Shown here piece by piece: positions 28,601 through 42,277 of a DNA stretch of 64,000 nt. Position numbers and translations under genes: made by a program. Source of the DNA: Azolla caroliniana (taxonomy: Eukaryota > Plantae > Polypodiophyta); the NCBI GenBank assembly GCA_043228905.1, contig JBHGNT010000002.1, forward strand, positions 186,001 through 250,000. Direction: 5' to 3'. The notes below the pieces were generated by a model. The model did no database searches and had not been told where the DNA came from. It worked only from the letters and a program-made list of their open reading frames with translations. Positions within the stretch are counted from its first letter, which is position 1. Each line of letters begins with the position of its first letter.

Positions 28601-30350
28601 GCTAGCGTTGTTAACTTCGATTCGCATGTTTGAACACAAAAATCCGATATCACATGAACCAGGTACGACCATTATGATTTACTCACGGGCTCTTCTCAAC
28701 TCCCTCCTGAAATTTTCTAATTTCTTCATGTCTTTGGACCTGAGTTTCAAAATCTTGATTGTTTCAGTCCATATCAAAGCAAGCGTTGTTAGCTTCGATT
28801 CGCATGTTTGAACACAAAAATCCGATATCACACAAGCCAGGTACGACCATTTTAATTTACTCACCGGATTGTCTCAAGTCCCTCCTCAAATTTTCTAATT
28901 TCTTCATGTCTCTCGAGCTGAGTTTCAAAATCTTGATTTTTTAATTCTATATCATAGCTAGCGTTGTTAACTTCGATTCGCATGTTTGAACACAAAAATC
29001 CGATATCACACAACCAGGTATGACCATTTTAATTCTATATCATAGCTAGCGTTGTTAATTTCGATACGCATGTTTGAACACAAAAATCCGATATCACACG
29101 AGCCAGGTACGACCATTTTAATTTACTCACGGGCTCTTCTCAAGTCCCTCCTCAAATTCCCTAATGTCCTATGTCTCTCAACCTGAGTTTCAAAATCTTA
29201 ATTTTTTAATTCCATATCATAGCTAGAGTTGTTAGCTTCGATACGCATGTTTGAACACAAAAATCCGATATCACACGAGCCAGGTACGACCATTTTAATT
29301 TACTCAAGGGCTCTTGTCAAATCCCTCCTCCAATTTTCTAATTTCTTCATGTCTCTCGACCTGAGTTTTTCGAAATCTTGATTTTCTAATTCCATACCAT
29401 AGCTAGCGTTGTTAGCTTCGATACGCATGTTTGAACACCAAAATCCGATATCACACGAGCCAGGTATGACCATTTTAATTTACTCACCGGCTTGTCTCAA
29501 GTCCCTCCTCAAATTTTCTAATTTCTTCATGTATCTCGACCTGAGTTTCAAAATCTTGATTTTTTAATTCCATATCATAGCTAGTGTTGTTAACTTCGAT
29601 TCGCATGTTTGGACACAAAAATCCGATATCACACAACCAGGTATGACCATTTTAATTTACTCACGGGCTCTTCTCAAGTCCCTCCTCAAATTTGCTATTT
29701 TCTTCATGTCTCTGGACCTAAGTTTGAAAATCTTTATTTTTTAATTCTATATCATTGCTAGCGTTGTTAGCTTCGATACGAAGTTTGAACACAGAAATCC
29801 GATATCACACGAGCCACCCTAAACCATTTTAATTTACTCACGGGCACTTCTCAACTCGCTCCTCAAATTTGCTATTTTCTTCATTTCTCTCGGCCCGATT
29901 TTCAAAATCTTGATTTTTTAATTCTATGTCATAGCTAGCGTTGTTAACTTCGATTCGCATGTTTGAACACAAAAATCCGATATCACATGAACCAGGTACG
30001 ACCATTATGATTTACTCACGGGCTCTTCTCAACTCCCTCCTGAAATTTTCTAATTTCTTCATGTCTTTTGACCTGAGTTTCAAAATCTTGATTGTTTCAG
30101 TCCATATCAAAGCAAGCGTTGTTAGCTTCGATTCGCATGTTTGAACACAAAAATCCGATATCACACAAGCCAGGTACGACCATTTTAATTTACTCACCGG
30201 CTTGTCTCAAGTCCCTCCTCAAATTTTCTAATTTCTTCATGTCTCTCGAGCTGAGTTTCAAAATCTTGATTTTTTAATTCTATATCATAGCTAGCGTTGT
30301 TAACTTCGATTCGCATGTTTGAACACAAAAATCCGATATCACACGAGCCA
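19690..30350. repeat. Higher-order repeat: 8 near-identical copies of a 1333-bp unit (7 monomers plus a half-monomer)
   Basis: ORF starts at 20610, 21943, 23276, 24609, 25942, 27275, 28608 and 29941 (period 1333); one cattttaattctatatc junction per unit. Confidence 0.97.
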
Positions 30351-32829
30351 AGACGACCATTTTAATTTACTCACGGGCTCTCCTCAAGTCCCTCCTCAAA
30401 TTTTCTAATTTCTTCATGTCTCTTGACCTGAGTTTCAAAACCTTGATTTTTTCATTCCATACCATAGCAAGTGTTGTTAGCTTCGATTCGCAAGCTTGAA
30501 CACAAAAATCCGATATCACACGAGCCAAGTAGGAACATTTTAATTTTCTAACGCGCTCTTCTCCACTACCTCCTCAAATTTGCTAATTTCTTCATGTCTC
30601 TCGACCTGAATTTCAAAACCTTCATTTTTTCATTCCATATCATAGCAAGTGCTGTTAGCTTCGATTCGCAAGCTTGAACACAGAAATCCGATATCACACG
30701 AGCCAGGTAGGAACATTTTAATTTTCTAACGAACTCTTCTCCACTACCTCCTCAAATTTGCTAATTTTTTCATGTCTCTCTACCTGAGTTTCAAAATCTT
30801 GGTTTTTTAATTCCATATTAGAGCTAGCGTTGTTAGCTTCGATACGCATGTTTGGACACAAAAATCTGATATCACACGAGCCAGGTAAGAACATTTTAAT
30901 TTACTCACGGGCTCTTCTCAAGTCCCTCCTCAAATTTGCTATTTTCTTCAAGTCTCTGGACCTGAGTTTGAAAATCTTGATTTTTTAATTCTATATCATA
31001 GCTAGCGTTGTTAGCTTCGATACGCATGTTTGAACACAAAAATCCGATATCACACGAGCCAGGTACGACCATTTTAATTTACTCTCGGGCTCTTGTCAAG
31101 TCCCTCCTCAAATTTTCTAATTTCTTCATGTCTCTCGACCTGAGTTTCAAAATCTTGATTTTCTAATTGCATACCATAGCTAGCGTTGTTAGCTTCGATA
31201 CGCATGTTTGAACACCAAAACCCGATATCACACGAGCCAGGTATGACCATTTTAATTTACTCACGGGCTCTTCTCAACCTTCTCCTCAAATTTTCTAATT
31301 TCTTCATCTCTCTCGACCTGAGTTTCAAAACCTTGATTTTTTCATTCCATACCATAGCAAGTGTTGTTAGCTTCGATTCGCAAGCTTGAACACCAAAATC
31401 CGATATCACACGAGCCAGGTATGACAATTTTAATTTACTCACCGGCTTGTCTCAGGTCCCTCCTCAAATTTTCTAATTTCTTCATGTGTCTGGACCTGAG
31501 TTTCAAAATCTTGATTTTTTAATTCCATATCATAGCTAGCTTTGTTAACTTCGATTCGCATGTTTGGACACAAAAATCCGATATCACACAACCAGGTATG
31601 ACCATTTTAATTTACTCACGGGCTCTTCTCAAGTCCCTCCTCAAATTTGCTAATTTCTTCATGTCTCTCGACGTGAGTTTCAAAATCTTGATTTTTTCAT
31701 TCCATATCATAGCAAGTGTCTTTAGCTTCAATTCGCAAGCTTGAATACAAAAATCCGATATTACACGAGCCAGGTATGAATATTTTAATTTACTAACGCG
31801 CTCTTTTCCACTACCTCCTCAAATTTGCTAATTTCTTCATGTTTCTCTACCTGGATTTCAAAATCTTGGTTTTTTAATTCCATATTAGAGCTAGCGTTGT
31901 TAGCTTCGATACGCATGTTTGGACACAAAAATCCGATATCACACGAGCCAGGTAAGAACATTTTACTTTGCTCACGGGCTCTTCTCAAGTCCCTGCTCAA
32001 ATTTGCTATTTTCTTCATGTCTCTGGACCTGAGTTTGAAAATCTTGATTTTTTAATTCTATATCATAGCTAGCGTTGTTAGCTTCGATACGCATGTTTGA
32101 ACACAAAAATCCGATATCACACGAGCCAGGTACGACCATTTTAATTTACTCTCGGGCTCTTGTCAAGTCCCTCCTCAAATTTTCTAATTTCTTCATGTCT
32201 CTGGACCTGATTTTCAAAATCTTGATTTTCTAATTGCATACCATAGCTAGCGTTGTTAGCTTCGATACGCATGTTCGAACACCAAAATCCCATATCACAC
32301 GAACCAGGTATGACCATTTTAATTTACTCACGGGCTTGTCTCAAGTCCCTCCTCAAATTTTCTAATTTCTTCATGTCTCTCGACGTGAGTTTCAAAATAT
32401 TGATTTTTTAATTCCTTATCATACCTAGCGTTGTTAGCTTAGATACGCATGTTTGGACACAAAAATCCGATATTAGACAACCAGGTATGAACATTTTAGT
32501 TTACTTACGGGCTCTTCTCAAGTCCCTCCTCAAATTTGCTATTTTCTTCATGTCTCTGGACCTGAGTTTCAAAATCTTGATTTTTTAGTTCTATATCATA
32601 GCTAGCGTTGTTAGCTTCGATACGCATGATTGAACACAAAAATCTAATCTCACACGAGCCAGGTACGACCATTTTAATTTACTCACGGGCTCTTCTCAAG
32701 TCCCTCCTCAAATTTTCTAATTTCTTCATGTCTCTCAACCTGAGTTTCAAAATCTTAATTTTTTAATTCCATATCATAGCTAGCGTTGTTAGCTTCGATT
32801 CGCATGTTTGAACACCAAAATCCGATATC

Positions 32830-35800
32830 ACACAAGCCAGGTATGACCATTTTAAGTTACTCACGGTCTCTTCTCAAGTCCCTCCTCAAATTTGCTATTT
32901 TCTTCATGTCTCTGGACCTTAGTTTCAAAATCTTGATTTTTTATTTCTATATCATAGCTAGCGTTGTTAATTTCGATACGCATGATTGAACACAAAAATC
33001 CGAATCTCACACGAGCCAGGTACGACCATTTTAATTTACTCACGGGCTCTTCTCAAGTCCCTCCTCAAATTTTCTAATTTCTTCATGTCTCTCAACCTAA
33101 GTTTCCAAATCTTAATTTTTTAATTCTATATCATAGATAGGGTTGTTAGCTTCGATTCGCATGTTTCAACACAAAAATGCGATATCACACGAGCCAGGTA
33201 TGACCATTTTAATTTACTCGAGGGCTCTTCTCAACCTTCTCCTCAAATTAGTTAATTTCTTCATGTCTCTGGACCTGAGTATCAAAATCTTGATTTTTTG
33301 ATTCCATATCATAGCTAGCGTTGTTAACTTCGATACCCATGATTCAACAAAAAAATCCGATCTCACAGGAGCCAGGTACGACCATTTTAATTTACTCACG
33401 GGCTCTTCTCAAGTCCCTCCTCAAATTTTCTAATTTCTTTATGTCTCTCAACCTGAGTTTCAAAATCTTGATTTTTTAATTCCACATCATAGCTAGCGTT
33501 GTTAGCTTCGATTCGCATGTTTCAACACAAAAATGCGATATCACACGAGCCAGGTATGACCATTTTAATTTACTCGAGGGCTCTTCTCAACCTTCTCCTC
33601 AAATTTGTTAATTTCTTCATGTCTCTCGACCTGAAAATCAAAATCTTGATTTTTTGATTCCATATCATCGCTAGCGTTGTTAGCTTCGATTCGCATGTTT
33701 GAACACAAAAATCCGATCTCACACAAGCCAGGTACGACCATTTTAATTTACTCACCGGATTGTCTCAAGTCCCTCCTCAAATTTTCTAATTTCTTCATGT
33801 GTCTGGACCTGAGTTTCAAAATCTTGATTTTTTAATTCCATATCATAGCTAGGGTTGTTAACTTCGATTCGTATGTTTCGACACAAAAATCCGATATCAC
33901 ACAACCAGGTATGACCATTTTAATTCTATATCATAGCTAGCGTTGTTAATTTCGATACGCATGTTTGAACACAAAAATCCGATATCACACGAGCCAGGTA
34001 CGACCATTTTAATTTACTCACGGGCTCTTCTCAAGTCCCTCCTCAAATTCTCTAATTTCTTATGTCTCTCAACCTGAGTTTCCAAATCTTAATTTTTTAA
34101 TTCCATATCATAGCTAGAGTTGTTAGCTTCGATACGCATGTTTGAACACAAAAATCCGATATCACACGAGCCAGGTACGACCATTTTAATTTACTCAAGG
34201 GCTCTTGTCAAATCCCTCCTCCAATTTTCTAATTTCTTCATGTCTCTCGACCTGAGTTTTTCGAAATCTTGATTTTCTAATTCCATACCATAGCTAGCGT
34301 TGTTAGCTTCGATACGCATGTTTGAACACCAAAATCCGATATCACACGAGCCAGGTATGACCATTTTAATTTACTCACCGGCTTGTCTCAAGTCCCTCCT
34401 CAAATTTTCTAATTTCTTCATGTATCTCGACCTGAGTTTCAAAATCTTGATTTTTTAATTCCATATCATAGCTAGTGTTGTTAACTTCGATTCGCATGTT
34501 TGGACACAAAAATCCGATATCACACAACCAGGTATGACCATTTTAATTTACTCACGGGCTCTTCTCAAGTCCCTCCTCAAATTTGCTATTTTCTTCATGT
34601 CTCTGGACCTAAGTTTGAAAATCTTTATTTTTTAATTCTATATCATTGCTAGCGTTGTTAGCTTCGATACGAAGTTTGAACACAGAAATCCGATATCACA
34701 CGAGCCACCCTAAACCATTTTAATTTACTCACGGGCACTTCTCTACTCGCTCCTCAAATTTGCTATTTTCTTCATTTCTCTCGGCCCGATTTTCAAAATC
34801 TTGATTTTTTAATTCTATGTCATAGCTAGCGTTGTTAATTTTGATTCGCATGTTTGAACACAAAAATCCGATATCACATGAACCAGGTACGACCATTATG
34901 ATTTACTCACGGGCTCTTCTCAACTCCCTCTTGAAATTTTCTAATTTCTTCATGTCTTTTGACCTGAGTTTCAAAATCTTGATTGTTTAATTCCATATCA
35001 AAGCAAGCGTTGTTAGCTTCGATTGGCATGTTTGAACACAAAAATCCGATATCACACAAGCCAGGTACGACCATTTTAATTTACTCACCGGCTTGTCTCA
35101 AGTCCCTCCTCAAATTTTCTAATTTCTTCATGTCTCTCGGGCTGAGTTTCAAAATCTTGATTTTTTAATTCTATATCATAGCTAGCGTTGTTAACTTCGA
35201 TTCGCATGTTTGAACACAAAAATCCGATATCACACAAGCCAGGTATGACCATTTTAAGTTACTCACGGTCTCTTCTCAAGTCCCTCCTCAAATTTGCTAT
35301 TTTCTTCATGTCTCTGGACCTTAGTTTCAAAATCTTGATTTTTTATTTCTATATCATAGCTAGCGTTGTTAATTTCGATACGCATGATTGAACACAAAAA
35401 TCCGAATCTCACACGAGCCAGGTACGACCATTTTAATTTACTCACGGGCTCTTCTCAAGTCCCTCCTCAAATTTTCTAATTTCTTCATGTCTCTCAACCT
35501 AAGTTTCCAAATCTTAATTTTTTAATTCTATATCATAGATAGGGTTGTTAGCTTCGATTCGCATGTTTCAACACAAAAATGCGATATCACACGAGCCAGG
35601 TATGACCATTTTAATTTACTCGAGGGCTCTTCTCAACCTTCTCCTCAAATTAGTTAATTTCTTCATGTCTCTGGACCTGAGTATCAAAATCTTGATTTTT
35701 TGATTCCATATCATAGCTAGCGTTGTTAACTTCGATACCCATGATTCAACAAAAAAATCCGATCTCACAGGAGCCAGGTACGACCATTTTAATTTACTCA

Positions 35801-37635
35801 CGGGCTCTTCTCAAGTCCCTCCTCAAATTTTCTAATTTCTTTATGTCTCTCAACCTGAGTTTCAAAATCTTGATTTTTTAATTCCACATCATAGCTAGCG
35901 TTGTTAGCTTCGATTCGCATGTTTCAACACAAAAATGCGATATCACACGAGCCAGGTATGACCATTTTAATTTACTCGAGGGCTCTTCTCAACCTTCTCC
36001 TCAAATTTGTTAATTTCTTCATGTCTCTCGACCTGAAAATCAAAATCTTGATTTTTTGATTCCATATCATCGCTAGCGTTGTTAGCTTCGATTCGCATGT
36101 TTGAACACAAAAATCCGATCTCACACAAGCCAGGTACGACCATTTTAATTTACTCACCGGATTGTCTCAAGTCCCTCCTCAAATTTTCTAATTTCTTCAT
36201 GTGTCTGGACCTGAGTTTCAAAATCTTGATTTTTTAATTCCATATCATAGCTAGGGTTGTTAACTTCGATTCGTATGTTTCGACACAAAAATCCGATATC
36301 ACACAACCAGGTATGACCATTTTAATTCTATATCATAGCTAGCGTTGTTAATTTCGATACGCATGTTTGAACACAAAAATCCGATATCACACGAGCCAGG
36401 TACGACCATTTTAATTTACTCACGGGCTCTTCTCAAGTCCCTCCTCAAATTCTCTAATTTCTTATGTCTCTCAACCTGAGTTTCCAAATCTTAATTTTTT
36501 AATTCCATATCATAGCTAGAGTTGTTAGCTTCGATACGCATGTTTGAACACAAAAATCCGATATCACACGAGCCAGGTACGACCATTTTAATTTACTCAA
36601 GGGCTCTTGTCAAATCCCTCCTCCAATTTTCTAATTTCTTCATGTCTCTCGACCTGAGTTTTTCGAAATCTTGATTTTCTAATTCCATACCATAGCTAGC
36701 GTTGTTAGCTTCGATACGCATGTTTGAACACCAAAATCCGATATCACACGAGCCAGGTATGACCATTTTAATTTACTCACCGGCTTGTCTCAAGTCCCTC
36801 CTCAAATTTTCTAATTTCTTCATGTATCTCGACCTGAGTTTCAAAATCTTGATTTTTTAATTCCATATCATAGCTAGTGTTGTTAACTTCGATTCGCATG
36901 TTTGGACACAAAAATCCGATATCACACAACCAGGTATGACCATTTTAATTTACTCACGGGCTCTTCTCAAGTCCCTCCTCAAATTTGCTATTTTCTTCAT
37001 GTCTCTGGACCTAAGTTTGAAAATCTTTATTTTTTAATTCTATATCATTGCTAGCGTTGTTAGCTTCGATACGAAGTTTGAACACAGAAATCCGATATCA
37101 CACGAGCCACCCTAAACCATTTTAATTTACTCACGGGCACTTCTCTACTCGCTCCTCAAATTTGCTATTTTCTTCATTTCTCTCGGCCCGATTTTCAAAA
37201 TCTTGATTTTTTAATTCTATGTCATAGCTAGCGTTGTTAATTTTGATTCGCATGTTTGAACACAAAAATCCGATATCACATGAACCAGGTACGACCATTA
37301 TGATTTACTCACGGGCTCTTCTCAACTCCCTCTTGAAATTTTCTAATTTCTTCATGTCTTTTGACCTGAGTTTCAAAATCTTGATTGTTTAATTCCATAT
37401 CAAAGCAAGCGTTGTTAGCTTCGATTGGCATGTTTGAACACAAAAATCCGATATCACACAAGCCAGGTACGACCATTTTAATTTACTCACCGGCTTGTCT
37501 CAAGTCCCTCCTCAAATTTTCTAATTTCTTCATGTCTCTCGGGCTGAGTTTCAAAATCTTGATTTTTTAATTCTATATCATAGCTAGCGTTGTTAACTTC
37601 GATTCGCATGTTTGAACACAAAAATCCGATATCAC
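32830..37635. repeat. Higher-order repeat: 2 copies of a 2402-bp unit (13.5 monomers; contains a 1333-type unit plus 6 monomers)
   Basis: ORF pairs 32786/35188, 33214/35616, 33570/35972 and 34983/37385 all differ by 2402; half-monomer junctions near 33920 and 36322. Confidence 0.93.
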
Positions 37636-37639
37636 ACGA

Positions 37640-40600
37640 GCCAAGACGACCATTTTAATTTACTGACCGGCTCTCCTCAAGTCCCTCCTCAAATTTTCTA
37701 ATTTCTTCATGTCTCTTGACCTGAGTTTCAAAACCTTGATTTTTTCATTCCATACCATAGCAAGTGTTGTTAGCTTCGATTCGCAAGCTTGAACACAAAA
37801 ATCCGATATCACACGAACCAGGTAGGAACATTTTAATTTTCTAACGCGCTCTTCTCCACTACCTCCTCAAATTTGCTAATTTCTTCATGTCTCTCGACCT
37901 GAATTTCAAAACCTAGATTTTTTCATTCCATATCATAGCAAGTGTTGTTAGCTTCGATTCGCAAGCTTGAACACAGAAATCCGATATCACTAGAGCCAGG
38001 TAGGAATATTTTAATTTTCTAACGAACTCTTCTCCACTACCTCCTCAAATTTGCTAATTTCTTCATGTCTCTCTACCTGAGTTTCAAAATCTTGGTTTTT
38101 TAATTCCATATTAGAGCTAGCGTTGTTAGCTTCGATACACATGTTTGGACACAAAAATCCGATATCACACGAGCCAGGTAAGAACATTTTAATTTACTCA
38201 CGGGCTCTTCTCCACTACCTCCTCAAATTTGCTAATTTTTTCATGTCTCTCGACCTGAGTTTCAAAATCCTTAATTTTTAATTCTATATCATAGCAAGTG
38301 TTGTTAGCTTCGATTCGCATGTTTGAACACAAAAATCCGATATCACACGAGCCAGGTATGAACATTTTAATTTACTAACGCGCTCTTTTCCACTAACTCC
38401 TGAAATTTGCTAATTTCTTCATGTCTCTTTACCTGAGTTTGAAAATCTTGGTTTTTTTATTCCACATTAGAGCTAGCGTTGTTATCTTCGATTCGCATGT
38501 TTGAACACAGAAATCCAATATCACATGAGCCAGGTATTTACATTTTAATTTACTAACGCGCTCTTCTGCACTACCTCCTTAAATTTGCTAATTTCTTCAT
38601 GTCTCTCGACCTGAGTTTCAAAATCCTTATTTTCTAATTCCATATCATAGCAAGCGTTGTTAGCTTCGATTTGCATGTTTGATCACAAAAATCCGATATC
38701 ACACGAGCCAGGTATGAATATTTTAATTTTCTAAAGCGTTATTTTCCACTACCTCCTCAAATTTGCTAATTTCTTCATGTCTCTTTACCTGAGTTTCATA
38801 TTCTTGATTTTTTAATTCAATATCATAGCTAGTGTTGTTAGCTTCGATTCGCATCTTTGAACACAAAAATCCGGGATCACATGAGCCAGGTATGAATATT
38901 TTAATTTACTCACACGCTCTTCTCAACTCCCTCCTCAAATTTGGTAATTTCTACATGTCTCTCGACCTGTGTTTCAAAATCTTATTTTTTAATTGCATAT
39001 CATAGCTAGCGTTGTTAGCTTCGAATCGCATGTTTAAACACAGAAATCCGATATCACACGAGCTAGGTATGAACATTTTAATTTATTCACGCGCTCCTCT
39101 CAATTCCCTCCTCAAATTTGGTAATTTCTTCATGTCTCTCGACCTGAGTTTTAAAATCTTGATTTTTTAATTCCATATCATAGGTAGCATTGTTAGCTTC
39201 GATTCCCATGTTTGAACACAAAAATCCGATATCACACGAGCCAGGTATAAACATTTTAATTTACTCACGCGCTCCTCTCAATTCCCTCCTCAAATTTGGT
39301 AATTTCTTCATGTCTCTTGACCTGAGTTTTAAAATCTTGATTTTTTAATTTCATTTCATAGCTAGTGTTGTTAGCTTCCATTCGCATCTTTGAACACAAA
39401 AATCCGGGATCACACGAGCCAGGTATGAACATTTTAATTTACTCACGCGCTCTTCTCAACTCCCTGCTCAAATTTGGTAATTTCTTCATGTCTCTCGACC
39501 TGAGTTTCAAAATCTTGATTTTTTAATTCCATATCATACGTAACGTTGTTAGCTTCGATTCGCATGTTTTAACACTAAAATCCGATATCACATGGGCCAG
39601 GTATGAACATTTTAATTTACTCACGGGCTCTTCTCTACTCCCTCCTGTAATTTGCGAATTTCTTCATGTCTCTCGACTTGAGTTTCAAAATCTTGATTTT
39701 TTAATTCCATATCATTGCTAACGTTGTTAGGTTGGATTTGCATCTTTGGACACAAAAATCCGGGATCACACGACCCAGGTATGAACATTTTAATTTACTC
39801 ACGAGCTCTTCTCAACTCCCTCCTCTAATTTACTAATTTCTTGATGTCTCTCGACCTGAGTTTCAAAATCTTAATTTTTTAATTCCATATCATAGCTAGT
39901 GTTGTTAGCTTCGATTCGCATCTTTGAACACAAAAATCCGGGATCACACGACCGAGGTATGAACATTTTAATTTACTCACGCGCTCTTCTCAACTCCCTC
40001 CTCAAATTTGGTAATTTCTTCATGTCTGTTGACCTTAGGTTCTAAATCTTGATTTTTTAATTCTATATCATAGGTAGCGTTGTTAGCTTCGATTCGCATG
40101 TTTGAACACTAAAATCCGATATCACATGAGCCAGGTATGAACATGTTAATTTAGTCACGCGTTGTTCTCAACTCCCTCCTCAAATTTGGTAATTTCTTCA
40201 TGTCTCTCGACCTGAGTTTCAAAATCTTGATTTTTTAATTCCATATCATAGGTAACATTGTTAGCTTCGATTGGCATGTTTGAACACTAAAATCCGATAT
40301 CACATGGGCCAGGTATGAATATTTTAATTTACTCTTGGGCTCTTCTCTACTCCCTCCTCTAATTTGCGAATTTTTCATGTCTCTCGACGTGAGTTTCAAA
40401 ATCTTGATTTTTTAATTTAATATCATAGTTAGCGTAGTTAGCTTCGATTCGCATGTTTAAACACAAAAATCCGAGATTACACGAGCCAGGTATGAACATT
40501 TTAATTTACTCATGAGCTCTTCTCAACTCCCTCCTCTAATTTACTAATTTCTTGATGTCTGTCGACCTGAGTATTGAAATCTTGATTTTTTAATTTCATA

Positions 40601-41040
40601 TCATAGCTAGTGTTATTAGCTTCGATTCGCATCTTTGAACACAAAAATCCGAGATCACACGGGCCAGGTATGAACATTTTAATTTACTCACGGGCTCTTC
40701 TGAACTCCCTCCTCAAATTTGGCAATTTTTTCATGTCTGTCGACCTGAGTTTCAAAATCTTAATTTTTTAATTCCATATCATAGCTAGCATTGTTAGCTT
40801 CGAATCGCATGTTTTAACACTAAAATCCGATATCACATGGGCCAGGTATGAACATCTTAATTTACTCACGGGCTCTTCTCTACTCCCTCCTCAAATTTGG
40901 TAATTTCTTCATCTCTCGACCTGAGTTTTAAAATCTTGATTTTTTAATTCCATATCATAGCTAGTGTTGTTACCTTCGATTCGCATCTTTGAACACAAAA
41001 ATCCGGGATCACACGACCCAGGTATGAACATTTTAATTTA
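37640..41040. repeat. Diverged monomeric edge of the satellite array
   Basis: Monomers carry many private substitutions (aatccgggatcac, cactaaaatcc, ccactacctcc) and no exact long-period repeat. Confidence 0.8.
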
Positions 41041-41069
41041 TCGGCTCTTATCATAGTCCACGTCCCTGG

Positions 41070-41362
41070 CTTCGATTGATGGTGCATGCTCTGAGATTTT
41101 TCGTTCATGTGGGCACTCTTGTTTGCCCATGTATGACTTCTACCAAAACTTGACTTTTGTCTTCATGTCTCTTTGCCTGTATTGGAAAACTCAGATTTCA
41201 TTGGTTCATATTGTAGCCTACATCGTTGGTTTCGATTCGAGAATTTGAACTCGGAAATCCGATATCATATGAGGACGCTATGAGCATTTTGGTTCATGTT
41301 GGCGCTCTTGTTTGCCCCTGTAATACTTCTACCAAAACTTTGCTTTGTCCTTCATGTCTCTT
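41070..41362. repeat. Relic of a related satellite with a 189-bp period (about 1.5 units)
   Basis: gttcatgt at 41103/41292, ttctaccaaaactt at 41138/41327 and cttcatgtctc at 41161/41350. Segment 41231-41290 (ttcgattcgagaatttgaactcggaaatccgatatcatatgaggacgctatgagcatttt) aligns without gaps to positions 1-60 of the 178-bp monomer. Confidence 0.8.
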
Positions 41363-41707
41363 AACAGAGCGTTGTGAGAAGAACATTACTGTGAGTAAAG
41401 CAGTATAGAGTTTCTGTTGTGTAGAGAGCGTAAAAGAGAATAAGCCAGAGAGTGATAGAGGTTCCATAGCTGAGTGAGGTTAGACGCCAAGAGCCCTACG
41501 TGGTTGATGCACTCTGTACAGAGAATGTTGTATTCTGATCTCATCTTGTATTCTTTGTTGTATAGTGGATCTTTGTTGCTGTGGTTTTTCCCGGTTAGGG
41601 TTTTCGACGTAAAACTGTGTACTGTGCATATTTGTCTATTTTGCTATTTTCTATTCCACGTTGTGTCTTTCTCACAGATTTACGATCCCACCTCAACACT
41701 TTCAACA
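41363..41707 (+). mobile_element. Truncated orphan LTR fragment (Copia-like U5)
   Basis: gtggtttttcccggttagggttttcgacgtaaaac resembles the U5 motif of the Copia B LTR (gtggtttttccctctcagggttttccacgttaaac). It ends in ...ttcaaca, with no PBS or TSD found. Confidence 0.55.
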
Positions 41708-42277
41708 ACCATGGGTAGAAATTTCTCATTAGTATATGTTTGCCTGTTTTTAGCCTACTTAGAAAATTAGCAAACAATACCTCCTCAACTCATGTTTTTG
41801 ACCAAGTATATCAACGTTACGTTTGGTATATGGGAAGTGTTGAGCGAGCAAGCTCAATCGCATCCGGATCGGCTGAATAAGCCAAACCCGGATCGGTGTC
41901 CGCAACGGAGAACCGGATCGGTGTACGGTTGATATCTGGAACCAGGAGCCGGATCGGATTGAAACAAGTAGGCCGTTAGAGGCCTACGGATCCAACCTAG
42001 TACTTAGGCATATCTTTGGGAGTTAGTGTCAGTCGCTCGTATGAGCATTGATGTACCTGTCATTACTTCTGTCAGTCCTTTATGGACTTGTATAAAATTG
42101 CTCTCTGAGCACATTCTATGTACAAAATATTGAGAGTATTATTTTGAATTGAGGTATGTTTATGTTCTGTCTCTCCTGTGTACGCGTACTCTTTGTGTGT
42201 GTTAACCTTTCTTCTCATCTTCTATTGCTATCTGGATGAGCCGGTTTGTCGAACGCTTTCGCACGTTTACTTTGAAA

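Larger units (their letters stand above)
18576..37640. repeat. Satellite subfamily II (rich in higher-order repeats)
   Basis: Diagnostic variants gaccatttt, tactcacgggctcttctcaagtc, ttttctaatttcttcatg and ttcgatacgc appear from about 18600. Confidence 0.85.
1..41040. repeat. 178-bp tandem satellite array (about 230 monomers, one orientation, continues beyond the window start); candidate centromeric or heterochromatic satellite
   Basis: The monomer ttcgattcgcatgtttgaacacaaaaatccgatatcacacgagccaggtatgaacatttt...ccatatcatagctagcgttgttagc restarts at 1, 179 and onward. ORF-track starts recur every 178 bp (527/705, 1595/1773/1951). The array ends at ...cattttaattta 41040. Confidence 0.98.

Noticed and set aside
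11-37570. Dozens of 61-112 aa ORFs (MLASIRMFEHKNPISHEPG...)
   Set aside because: They are translations of the 178-bp satellite. The unit is not a multiple of 3, most starts are TTG, and stops appear and vanish with single variants.
1-41040. CRISPR-like array or tandem RNA genes (5S, tRNA)
   Set aside because: There are no unique spacers and no cas genes, the context is eukaryotic, and the monomer has no recognisable 5S or tRNA motifs.
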